Assembly (NCBI GenBank): GCA_963662665.2
Contig: CAXXJS010000049.1
Span: 1-64,000, forward strand
Length of the DNA stretch: 64,000 nt
DNA from: Candidatus Latescibacterota bacterium
GTDB taxonomy: Bacteria; Latescibacterota; UBA2968; GCA-2709665
Direction: 5' to 3'
The notes beneath the pieces were generated by a model, which saw only the letters and a list, made by a program, of their open reading frames with translations, was not told where the DNA came from and did not search any database. Made by a program: the position numbers and the translations under genes. Of this stretch, positions 28,642 through 37,442 are shown piece by piece (position 1 is the first letter of the stretch; the number at the start of each line of letters is the position of its first letter).

Positions 28642-29810
28642 CCGGCGCTTTCGGGCATAACGCCAACGGGTCTGGCGTTCGTCGGACGGAATTCGGGCAC
28701 CTTCATGGGGTGGGTCCCGCGGTCGATGGAATCCGCCGCAAGGATGGCCGGCGCGGCGGTCTCGATGGCACGGTAAACGTTGAATTCCTGCGCTTTGCCC
28801 TCACGGACGGCGTCGCGGAACGCGGCGTGCACGTAATAGTCGGCGTCGCCGTGGCCGCTTGCGCGGGCTTCGGGCGGCGCGTCGGTGCGCTCGAAACGCC
28901 AGTCGACCTCGGCCATGTCGTGCATCTGTTCGTCGGCCAGCCACATGAGCGGTTTCCCTCTTTGCGAACGCTTCCATTCAACGCTTCCCCTTGTGCCGAG
29001 CACCTGGTACCAATGGTGACCCCGGTTGCCGGGGATTTTCTGTGTGAATCCGGCGGCCATCCGCAATATCGCATCCTTTTCGGTTTTCATCAGCGCCACC
29101 TGGATGTCGGGCTGGCCGATTTCGGGATGGGAATAACTGGGCCCGGACGTGCTCATGGCCGTCACTTCCACCACCCGGTCGTCCAGCACGCGGAGCATGG
29201 GGCTGAGTTCGTGAGGAAGGTAGTGGATGGGCGGCATTTCTTGACGCCAGGTCGGTCTGGCCCCGGGATGCTCCTCCAGTTCCTCGACCGTATGGAACGC
29301 TCCCGTGTCGGGATTCTGAAAGAAATGGCGCGTACCGTAGTAGCCGATATACTGGCCTTCGCAGAACGTGACCCGGCCCAGCCGTCCCTGCGCCACGAGG
29401 TCCCGCCATGTTTCCACGAAACCCCAGTACCTCGTCTGTTCGGCCAGATGGTAGACCAGGCCGGTGCGTTCAATTTGGGTGACGATCCGCCAACAATCTT
29501 CCATGGTGTGGGCGGCGGGCACCTCGGAGTTCACGTGTTTGCCGGCTTCCAGGGCCATGGCCGCCAGCGCGCCCTGTTCCCTGCAGCGGACGCAGAGCGC
29601 AATGGCGTCCACGTTTCCGTCCGCCAGAATATCTTCATATGCCGCATAGGCCCTGGCCGGTTTTTCAAGTGCGGCGAGCGCGCGTTCGTGCAGCGCGGCA
29701 ATGGGGTCGCATACGGCGGTGATCCGGTAGCCGTTGAGACTCTGCAGAAGGCGGAGCCAGTGCAGACCCCGGTGACCGAGCCCCACGAGGCCCACGCGAA
29801 TGTCATCCAT
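28638..29810 (-). CDS. Gfo/Idh/MocA family oxidoreductase
   Basis: VGLVGLGHRG, GKHVNSEVPAA, SGHGDAD; ATG 29810. Confidence 0.9.
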   Translation of the reverse strand: MDDIRVGLVGLGHRGLHWLRLLQSLNGYRITAVCDPIAALHERALAALEKPARAYAAYEDILADGNVDAIALCVRCREQGALAAMALEAGKHVNSEVPAAHTMEDCWRIVTQIERTGLVYHLAEQTRYWGFVETWRDLVAQGRLGRVTFCEGQYIGYYGTRHFFQNPDTGAFHTVEELEEHPGARPTWRQEMPPIHYLPHELSPMLRVLDDRVVEVTAMSTSGPSYSHPEIGQPDIQVALMKTEKDAILRMAAGFTQKIPGNRGHHWYQVLGTRGSVEWKRSQRGKPLMWLADEQMHDMAEVDWRFERTDAPPEARASGHGDADYYVHAAFRDAVREGKAQEFNVYRAIETAAPAILAADSIDRGTHPMKVPEFRPTNARPVGVMPESAG

Positions 29811-29967
29811 TGAAGACCTCTGAAGATTGACGCAAGGATCGCATGTTCTGGGTGGGCATTCAAACGATGAGGGGGGATCCATACGAATATACGGATCTTC
29901 CGTCCGCGCGCAAGTATCGGATCGTACGGAACGCCAGGGCACCGGCGCCCGTGCAAGGGCGGACTTG

Positions 29968-31194
29968 CTAATCGACGCGCTGTGCGGGGCCTGGATCCGT
30001 GGCACGGTGAGAGTAGTATAGGCCGATACCGCAGGCAACCGCCCCCAGGGCGAACACAACGCCGATAGCGAAGGGAACGGCGGGGCCCCAGTCGATTAGT
30101 TTACCGCCGCCCAGGCTTCCGGAAAGCATACCGGCGCTCCATGCCACGTGCGCGCTGCCGACCACCCGTCCCTCCTCGCCCTCGCCCGCGGTCAACTGCA
30201 GGATGCCGGGCATGGTTGTGGAGAGGGACCACGCGAAGACGGAAGCCATTATTCCGAAAATGTACAGGCCGGCAAGCGTGTGAGCCGTAAACGTGAGACC
30301 CACGGCGCTGACCGCGACAAGCGAAGACGAGACGAAGACGGGCTTCCACCGGCCGATGCGGTCCACGAACCGGCCCGTGAGCAACTGCGAGCCGCATGCG
30401 GCAACCAGGCTGATGGCGCTGTACGTGGTGACGGACGTGTTGGTGCCGGAGATGCGAAAGATGAGCAGCGGTATCAGCAGGCTCACCGCGCCCCAATAGC
30501 TGGTCGGGAGGTACCGGATGGCCAGCAGCAGGCGGACTTCCCGGCGACGGCAGAGGCGGATGTATCCGGCGAGAGACCGCGTGGCCGACCTGTCGGAGTG
30601 TGCGTGTCTCGGGAGGCTGGGCAGCATTGCGAGGGTCAAAACGACGATACCGGCGGCGGTCGCGCAGGCCAGATGTCCGAGGGGTTCGTATCCCAGGTTG
30701 TCGGCTACGGGTCCGGCCATCAGGTTGCCCGCGGCGCTTCCGAGCGTACTGCTCAGAAAATATCCCGCGGAAGCCATGCCCATCACGCCTGCGGGAGCGG
30801 CGCCCAGGAGGTAGCTCTGCCCGCCCGTGCTGCTGAATCCGAAGGTCATTCCAAGGCCGATGGATAAAGCCGATAAAAGATAGGGGTCCCCCGTGAGAAA
30901 CATGGCGCCCGCCAGCAGCGGCCCGAATTGGCCCAGGATCAGCACGCGCTTGATGCCGAAGGCGTCGCAAAGCATGCCCGCGGGCACTGAACACAGCCCC
31001 CCAAGCATAAAAAAGAGGCCGCGCAGGCCGGCGGTAAAGAGAGGCGACCGTGAAAGACCGGCTTCGACGTAGGCCGGAAGCAGCGACGAATAGAGGGGAG
31101 ACGAAACAAGACTGGCAAGGAAGGAAACGACGAGAAGGGCGACGAAGCGGCGGTTCAGCAACTCCTTGAGGTCTGCTTGGGGCGGATCGGGCAT
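29968..31194 (-). CDS. MFS transporter
   Basis: 12 TM; GMLCDAFGIK and GRFVDRIGR loop motifs. Confidence 0.9.
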   Translation of the reverse strand: MPDPPQADLKELLNRRFVALLVVSFLASLVSSPLYSSLLPAYVEAGLSRSPLFTAGLRGLFFMLGGLCSVPAGMLCDAFGIKRVLILGQFGPLLAGAMFLTGDPYLLSALSIGLGMTFGFSSTGGQSYLLGAAPAGVMGMASAGYFLSSTLGSAAGNLMAGPVADNLGYEPLGHLACATAAGIVVLTLAMLPSLPRHAHSDRSATRSLAGYIRLCRRREVRLLLAIRYLPTSYWGAVSLLIPLLIFRISGTNTSVTTYSAISLVAACGSQLLTGRFVDRIGRWKPVFVSSSLVAVSAVGLTFTAHTLAGLYIFGIMASVFAWSLSTTMPGILQLTAGEGEEGRVVGSAHVAWSAGMLSGSLGGGKLIDWGPAVPFAIGVVFALGAVACGIGLYYSHRATDPGPAQRVD

Positions 31195-31427
31195 TGTTGA
31201 ACCGGGTTATGGCGATTCGCGTTCGAAAGCGCTGGACATCGGTTTGCAGCGAAAACATATTGGGGTATCGGAGGTGCCGCCTATTATGGACGATCGTCAC
31301 CGCGATGTCAACCCAAAAGGGGATTCGGATTCGCGGTTGCCATTCCACTGGCGACACGAAACCGATGAATGTGTCGTCCGGAAACACGCTCGGGATTTTG
31401 GCCGATGAGGACGCAAGGGGTTCCGGC

Positions 31428-31958
31428 ATGGGAAAAACACGGAAAAGGGTGATACCGGGCTGGACCGGGAGGTGTTTTGAGGATTTCGAGGTGGGCGACG
31501 TCTACCGGAGCCGGTTCGGGAGAACGGTGACGGAGGCCGACAACCAGCTGTTCACGCACCTGACGATGAATACCAATCCGCTTCACTTCGACGAGGAGTA
31601 TGCCCGGAACACGCGGTGGGGAAAGATCCTGGTGAACAGCACGTTTACGCTCGCACTGGTGGTTGGCATGAGTGTGCCCGACGTGAGCGAGAAGGCGATG
31701 GCGAATCTCGGCTGGAGCGACATCCGGCTCCCCAATCCGGTATTTGTGGGAGATACGCTCTATTGTGAAACGGAAGTGCTCGCCACGCGGGAGTCGAAGT
31801 CGTTCCCGGAAGCGGGTATCGTAAAAGTGCACACGCGAGGCGTGAATCAGACCGGGCGCGTCGTCATCGACCTGACGCGCAGTGTAATGATCTACAAAAA
31901 CGCGCACGCGCCGTCGGGAGTAACCTTTCCCGAAATTCGCGAGGAGAAGGACGGGTGA
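31428..31958 (+). CDS. MaoC family (hotdog) dehydratase, RipB/Ich/Mch-like
   Basis: GRCFEDFEVGD, RTVTEADN, NTNPLHFD, ANLGW, PVFVGDTL. Confidence 0.9.
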   Translation: MGKTRKRVIPGWTGRCFEDFEVGDVYRSRFGRTVTEADNQLFTHLTMNTNPLHFDEEYARNTRWGKILVNSTFTLALVVGMSVPDVSEKAMANLGWSDIRLPNPVFVGDTLYCETEVLATRESKSFPEAGIVKVHTRGVNQTGRVVIDLTRSVMIYKNAHAPSGVTFPEIREEKDG

Positions 31959-32815
31959 AGGCGATTCGGTCCTGGCTGTTTGTGCCGGGGCACCGGCAGC
32001 GGATGATCGAGAAGGCATTCGATCTGGCGTCGGACGTCGTGATCTTCGATCTGGAAGACGGCGTCCCGACGGCTGAAAAGGATGTCGCGCGCCGACAGGT
32101 GGCTGAGGCGCTGTGTGGCGTGGCTGCAGGGACGGCCCCGTTCGTGAGAGTTCATGCGGCAGGGTCCTCGGAACTGCACGCCGATTTGCGGGCGCTCGCC
32201 GGGGCGCGTCCGCAGGGACTCGTGATGCCCAAGGTACGGGGTCCGAACGATGTACTTGAGATGCACGGGTGGCTCGCCGGACACGAGAAAAAGGCGGGAT
32301 TGCCGTCCGGCGCCGTCCGGCTTCTGGCGACCATTGAGAGCGCCGGTGGCCTGGTTCATGCTCCGTCGATTGCATCCGCCACGCCCAGGATGGCGGGGCT
32401 CATGTTCGGCGCGGAGGATTTCGCCTTGAATATGGGCCTCTTTTCGCATCCGGGGCAGGGTTTGTTTGATTACGTCCGTTCGGCACTGGCGATAGCCGCG
32501 GCCAGCGGACAGATCCAGGCCATTGACAAGGTCTTTACAGCCATCCGCGACTCCGACGGGCTGGCCCGGGAAGCACGGCGGGCCCGGGACCTCGGGTTTG
32601 ACGGAAAGGCCGTGATTCACCCGGATCAGATCGGCGCGGTGAATGATATCTTCAGTCCGACACGGGACGAGGTGACGATGGCCAGGAGGATCGTCACGGC
32701 CTTTGAACGCCACGCGGACGACGGCGCCGCAGCCGTGGACGGCCGGATGGTCGACAGACCGGTGCTGGAACAGGCTCGAAGGGTTCTGGACCGCCACGGG
32801 GAGGAACGCGCGTAG
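31955..32815 (+). CDS. CitE/HpcH family CoA-ester lyase
   Basis: RSWLFVPG, DLEDGV, MPKV, IESA, FGAEDF, GKAVIHP; GTGA overlap with upstream gene. Confidence 0.92.
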   Translation: MKAIRSWLFVPGHRQRMIEKAFDLASDVVIFDLEDGVPTAEKDVARRQVAEALCGVAAGTAPFVRVHAAGSSELHADLRALAGARPQGLVMPKVRGPNDVLEMHGWLAGHEKKAGLPSGAVRLLATIESAGGLVHAPSIASATPRMAGLMFGAEDFALNMGLFSHPGQGLFDYVRSALAIAAASGQIQAIDKVFTAIRDSDGLAREARRARDLGFDGKAVIHPDQIGAVNDIFSPTRDEVTMARRIVTAFERHADDGAAAVDGRMVDRPVLEQARRVLDRHGEERA

Positions 32816-32940
32816 AGCGGACCGGCCGGCAGACTTTCCGTGAGGCGCACGGTGTTCGCGATCGCTCGCGGCAGATGATGAAACGGTACGTTCCGGGCGT
32901 GTCTGCGTTGTCGGACGATTTCAGTGGACGAGAGGATCAC

Positions 32941-34146
32941 TTGCACGAAAGACACCAGCACCCGCCGTTGGGCGGGATAAGGATAGTCTCGGTGGAGCAG
33001 TTCGGCGCGGGGCCGTGGGGGACGATGATGCTAGCGGACCTGGGCGCCGAGGTCATCAAGGTCGAAAACCCCGGGACACGCGGCGACGTCGCGCGTTACG
33101 TGCCTCCGTATACGGCCGATCGGGACAGCCTGTATTTCCAGAGTTTCAATCGGAACAAGAAGAGCATAACGCTAAATTTACAGCATCCGGGAGCCACGGA
33201 GGTGTTGCATCGCCTGGTGAGGATTTCGGACGGCGTGTTCAACAACCTGCGCGGAGACCTTCCCGCCCGGCTGGGCCTGGACTATCCGTCTCTGAGTGAG
33301 GTCAAGGCTTCGATCGTGTGCTGCTCGCTTTCCGCATTCGGGCGTAATGGGTCTCGCGCAAACGAGCCGGGTTACGACTATCTGATGCAGGGCTATGCCG
33401 GCTGGATGAGCCTGACCGGGGAGCCGGACGGCCCGCCAACGAAGACGGGACTCTCCCTTGTGGACCTTGGCGCGGGCGCGATGGCGTCTCTGGGCATGGC
33501 AAGCGCGATTTTCCGCGCCAGGCAGACGGGTCTGGGGTGCGACGTGGACGTGAACCTGTTCGATACGGCGCTCGCGCATCTGGGATACGTGGGGGCGTGG
33601 TACCTGACCCGAGGCTATGAGGCGAATCGGACGCCCGATTCTTCGCATCCGTCGCAGATCCCGTCGCAGGTGGTGCCCACAAAGGACGGATGGCTTGTGG
33701 TGATGTGCGCTAAGGAGAAGTTCTTCAGGAACCTGGTTCTTGTTCTTGGGGCGCCGGAACTGGCTGAAGATACCCGGTTCCGCTCCTTTGCGGATCGTCT
33801 TGAGAATCGCGACGTTCTGGTTCCAATCCTGAAGGACCGCTTCCGCAGAAAGACAACCGCCGCCTGGCTCTCGCTGCTCAAGGGCAAGGTGCCCTGTGCG
33901 CCGGTAAACACCGTTGCGCAGGCCTTTGCCGACCCGCACGTGGACGAGAACGATATGATACTGGAACTGCCGCATCCCGAGTTCGGCGCGGCCAGGGTCG
34001 TGGCCAGTCCGATCAAGGTCGAGGGTCCGCCGGTTGAACCCCGGCGCGGACCCTCGCTGGGCGAACACAACGAACCGATTCTGAGCGACTATCTGTGCTA
34101 TTCAGCCGCGGAGATCGAGAAGCTCCGCAGCGACGGAGCCATTTGA
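32941..34146 (+). CDS. CaiB/BaiF family III CoA-transferase
   Basis: AGPWGTMMLADLGAEVIKVE, NRNKKS, PGYD, LGEHN; TTG start after GAGGA (alternative 32875). Confidence 0.92.
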   Translation: MHERHQHPPLGGIRIVSVEQFGAGPWGTMMLADLGAEVIKVENPGTRGDVARYVPPYTADRDSLYFQSFNRNKKSITLNLQHPGATEVLHRLVRISDGVFNNLRGDLPARLGLDYPSLSEVKASIVCCSLSAFGRNGSRANEPGYDYLMQGYAGWMSLTGEPDGPPTKTGLSLVDLGAGAMASLGMASAIFRARQTGLGCDVDVNLFDTALAHLGYVGAWYLTRGYEANRTPDSSHPSQIPSQVVPTKDGWLVVMCAKEKFFRNLVLVLGAPELAEDTRFRSFADRLENRDVLVPILKDRFRRKTTAAWLSLLKGKVPCAPVNTVAQAFADPHVDENDMILELPHPEFGAARVVASPIKVEGPPVEPRRGPSLGEHNEPILSDYLCYSAAEIEKLRSDGAI

Positions 34147-34221
34147 ACTGCCGCATCCGGGAACGACAACTGGCGGGCTCGCGAGCTTTATCGGGACCGC
34201 AACCACAAGAAGGGAGGCCCG

Positions 34222-35067
34222 ATGGGAGAAATGTTAACGCTTCCGGCGCACTACTACCGTCAGCACGACGCGGATCTGGGCGCGGACGTTCCGGGACGCG
34301 GTTACGCGGGCTGGACGACCCGCACACTGGACGTGCCGCTTGAAAGGACGGCGCTGGTGAGCATGCACGCGTGGAATCCCGGTCTGGTAGACGAGATTCC
34401 ACCGGGGCCCGGGTCGCCGTACGACGGCTGGTTCCGCATGGTGGAATATCTGCCCAGGGCGATGAGGATTTCGCGGGACGTCTTTCCGCCGCTCTTGGAA
34501 GCGGCAAGACACGCCGGTTTATCCGTAATTCACGTTGCATCGAGCGAGAGTTATACCGCGTCTAACAACGAATACCAGCGCATCAAGGCGATGGCGGGGC
34601 CGGAGCCGGAATCGGCGCGGGGTGCGGCGGAAGATCCACTAAAGAAACAGTGGCAGACCGACCGCGGCAGCCAGATGACCGGCGCGCACAACCAGCCGGA
34701 CATCGCGGCGGGATTCAAACACATCGGCTTTGCGCCACAGGCGATTCCCGATGCCGGCGAGCCCGTGGTGATCAATACCCATCAGCTGAACGCCGTATGC
34801 CGTGAACGTGACATCTGGCACCTGATCTATATCGGGTTCGCCATCAACTGGTGTCTGCTGGCCAGCCCGGGCGGCATGATCGATATGGGGCGGCTGGGGT
34901 ACGTGTGCTCGACGATCCGGCAGGCGACAACGGCCGTGGAGAACGGGGAAAGCTGTACCGAGGAACGGGCCAAGGAGATTGCGCTGTGGCGGGTATCGCT
35001 GATGTTCGGGTACGTGTTTGACGTCGACCCCGTGATCGACGCCCTGGGTCAGTTGTCGAACGGGTGA
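34222..35067 (+). CDS. Isochorismatase/cysteine hydrolase-like hypothetical protein
   Basis: ERTALVSMHAW, LIYIGFAINWC, IRQATTAVE; GGGAGG RBS. Confidence 0.65.
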   Translation: MGEMLTLPAHYYRQHDADLGADVPGRGYAGWTTRTLDVPLERTALVSMHAWNPGLVDEIPPGPGSPYDGWFRMVEYLPRAMRISRDVFPPLLEAARHAGLSVIHVASSESYTASNNEYQRIKAMAGPEPESARGAAEDPLKKQWQTDRGSQMTGAHNQPDIAAGFKHIGFAPQAIPDAGEPVVINTHQLNAVCRERDIWHLIYIGFAINWCLLASPGGMIDMGRLGYVCSTIRQATTAVENGESCTEERAKEIALWRVSLMFGYVFDVDPVIDALGQLSNG

Positions 35068-35103
35068 CGGCGGTTTGGGAATCGACACCTCGCGCGGGGC
35101 CGT

Positions 35104-35766
35104 TTAGAGCGCCGTCACGAGGGCAATGCCCCCCACAACCAGCAGCGAGACAGCCCAGATCAGATCGAAATTGATCCAGTTTCGCCGGAGCACGGCCAGA
35201 CCCAGTTTGCGGTACACGATCCACGCGACGGCGCCCATCACGAGCCACATGGCCAACGTGTGGACGCCCACGGCCAGTAAGACGTCTGTCAGAGAGTTCA
35301 TATCCGGCGGACCGTGGCCGTGATTTGCGGTCGCCACGCCCAGCAGGGCAGGAATAACCATCAGACCCGCGCCGTGGGCGGTGGCCATCAGAAACGACCA
35401 GGCGAAGAGATCTCCCTGTCCGACCTTCATTCCCACCCATCGCGGATGCCGGTAATAGTTGAACAGCTTGTAGATTCCGAAGGCGATCAGCAGGAGGGCG
35501 GTAATCCACTGCAGGGCGGACAGGGAGATAAAACGGAGGCCTGCCAGGACAATGCCGGCGACGACGGCTATTGAGGCTGCATGGCCGGCCGCGATGGGGA
35601 AAAGGGCAATCCAGACGGCGCGTTCGCTGTTGTGCTGGAGCCCGAGAGACAGGGCAAACAGCCAGCCCATGCCGGGATTCAGTCCGTGAAAGGCGCCAAA
35701 GCCAATCATCGCCAGCCACGGCCCCATCCAGTCAGGAAGGGTAGCAAAAAGAGTCGGTGGAGGCAT
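35104..35766 (-). CDS. His-motif membrane protein coupled to SBP56 gene
   Basis: GAFHGLNPGMGW, AAGHAAS, MATAHGAG, GVHTLAM; overlaps end of SBP56 gene (alternative start 35727). Confidence 0.75.
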   Translation of the reverse strand: MPPPTLFATLPDWMGPWLAMIGFGAFHGLNPGMGWLFALSLGLQHNSERAVWIALFPIAAGHAASIAVVAGIVLAGLRFISLSALQWITALLLIAFGIYKLFNYYRHPRWVGMKVGQGDLFAWSFLMATAHGAGLMVIPALLGVATANHGHGPPDMNSLTDVLLAVGVHTLAMWLVMGAVAWIVYRKLGLAVLRRNWINFDLIWAVSLLVVGGIALVTAL

Positions 35767-37129
35767 CTCCTCCTTCCAATCGGACCTGGTGGACGCGCGT
35801 TTCGCCGAAGTCGATGAAGAAACCGGGGTCCAATTCAAGCCCTCCGTCCGGGTCGACGTTGGCTTTCGCCATCCAGCCGTCCATTCCCGACGGATAGAAC
35901 TGGTCGTCCCAGGCGCTGTAGAGCGAATTGGTAAAGTAAATCCTCCGCCCGTCGCGGCTGATTTCCACCATCTGCGGACCACCCGACAATAAGCCGTCAC
36001 GCTTCGCGTGCGGCGTTTTATTTACGATACCCCCGATGTCCACCTTGCCTGTCAGGACCGGCTCGAACGGATCGGAAACGTCGTACTGATGCAGTTCACC
36101 CAGGCCCCAGCAGGAAACGTACAGAAATCTGTCGTCCAGGGAGAGATCGATATCGGTGACCAGGGGCGGTACGGCTTCGAACGCCTTCAGTATCGGAGGC
36201 AGGTCCGCCGCACCGGCCGGCACGGCCGGAATCGTGATCACCTTTCGCATTCGCCAGGCGCCGTTTTCGCGGAACCACGTCCAGATGGAGGCGGACAGGT
36301 CCGCAGTGCTGACGACCACACCGGCGAAGCCGTAGGTCTTTCGCGGATCGTGCGCGGGCCGCAGTTCGAGGAGCATCTGATGTTCCGGGCCGATGTCAAC
36401 TGTCTGATCGAGTCGGCGTTTTCTGAGATCCCAGAAATGGAGCCGGTGGCCGTATTTGTTCGCGAGCAGGTCCTCGGGTACCACCCCGTTCTCGAATTGC
36501 TCTGGCCTGCACCATTCGCTGCTCATCAGGACGTCCTCGGCAAGGTGCCACCAGAAGTCGTACGCCAGTTCCTGTGAACCGCGATGAATTTCCCAGGGCC
36601 CTATGACGTCGAAACTGAAGTGGTCGAGCAGGAAGATACCCCCCGGGCCATCGCCGCCGTTCGCCGGGCCCAACGCGCTGACGTAGATCGCGTCGGGCCC
36701 GCAATGTACGGTGTGGGGCCGGCTGTAGCCCGACCTGGCCATGAGCTCATCCGGCTCTATGATCTTGACGATATGGGGACGGGTGGGGTCCGGCCTGGTA
36801 TCCACAACGTAGATGCGCGACGTACGCAGGGCGGGCAGGATCAGGTAACGTCGTTCCAGGTGGGGATGAGGCGCATAGGGGCACAGGGCCGAGCTGCAGG
36901 CATTCCAGCCGAAATGGTGGAGTTCGTCCCCGTTGTACGGCATCTGGAGGGAGTGGATGTTTTGACTGTACGTGGGAGACGTCGGATCAAGATCCACGAC
37001 GCTCAGGGCATCGGGTCGATCGTTCTCGCCGGGATTGAGAGCGGACACGTAACCGTACCGTTCCGGTGGCGCCTGCATGGCCATCCTGGGCGATGGATAA
37101 AATGATGGATCGGGTTTCCATAACGGCAT
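35732..37129 (-). CDS. Selenium-binding protein SBP56 / SELENBP1-like (possible methanethiol oxidase)
   Basis: DELHHFGWNACSS, RPHTVHC, YDFWW, GGPQMVEISRDGRRIYFTNSLYSAWDDQFYP, GGDASTD. Confidence 0.92.
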   Translation of the reverse strand: MPLWKPDPSFYPSPRMAMQAPPERYGYVSALNPGENDRPDALSVVDLDPTSPTYSQNIHSLQMPYNGDELHHFGWNACSSALCPYAPHPHLERRYLILPALRTSRIYVVDTRPDPTRPHIVKIIEPDELMARSGYSRPHTVHCGPDAIYVSALGPANGGDGPGGIFLLDHFSFDVIGPWEIHRGSQELAYDFWWHLAEDVLMSSEWCRPEQFENGVVPEDLLANKYGHRLHFWDLRKRRLDQTVDIGPEHQMLLELRPAHDPRKTYGFAGVVVSTADLSASIWTWFRENGAWRMRKVITIPAVPAGAADLPPILKAFEAVPPLVTDIDLSLDDRFLYVSCWGLGELHQYDVSDPFEPVLTGKVDIGGIVNKTPHAKRDGLLSGGPQMVEISRDGRRIYFTNSLYSAWDDQFYPSGMDGWMAKANVDPDGGLELDPGFFIDFGETRVHQVRLEGGDASTDSFCYPS

Positions 37130-37251
37130 CGTCGTACGTTCCTTCCAATGAGTGATTACGGAGATTCACGGTGGCGCGGGAACCGTCGCCGCCGCGGCGA
37201 CGGGACGAGCCGTCCCCTCGCAGTCAGGATCGGATTTCCAGCCGTCGTTAG

Positions 37252-37442
37252 CCTCAATTCGAAAAAAACAGCAACACGGCAACGAGGCGAAAACCCCTGA
37301 AACGAAGTGAAACGGTCGTCTTAGAGGACATTCTTTCAGTTCACGTCCAGTGACCTGGTGTATCCTGGTAATCAGAAGTTAAATCGCCTTTAACTACTTG
37401 TATTTATTCGGTTTTACTTCCCCGAAGAATTTCGAATCAAGG
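37252..37442 (-). mobile_element. IS1380-like MITE, 191 bp, flanked by TTAG (CTAA on minus) duplication
   Basis: Reverse-complement homologue of 6029-6220; TTAG at 37248-37251 and 37443-37446. Confidence 0.8.
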
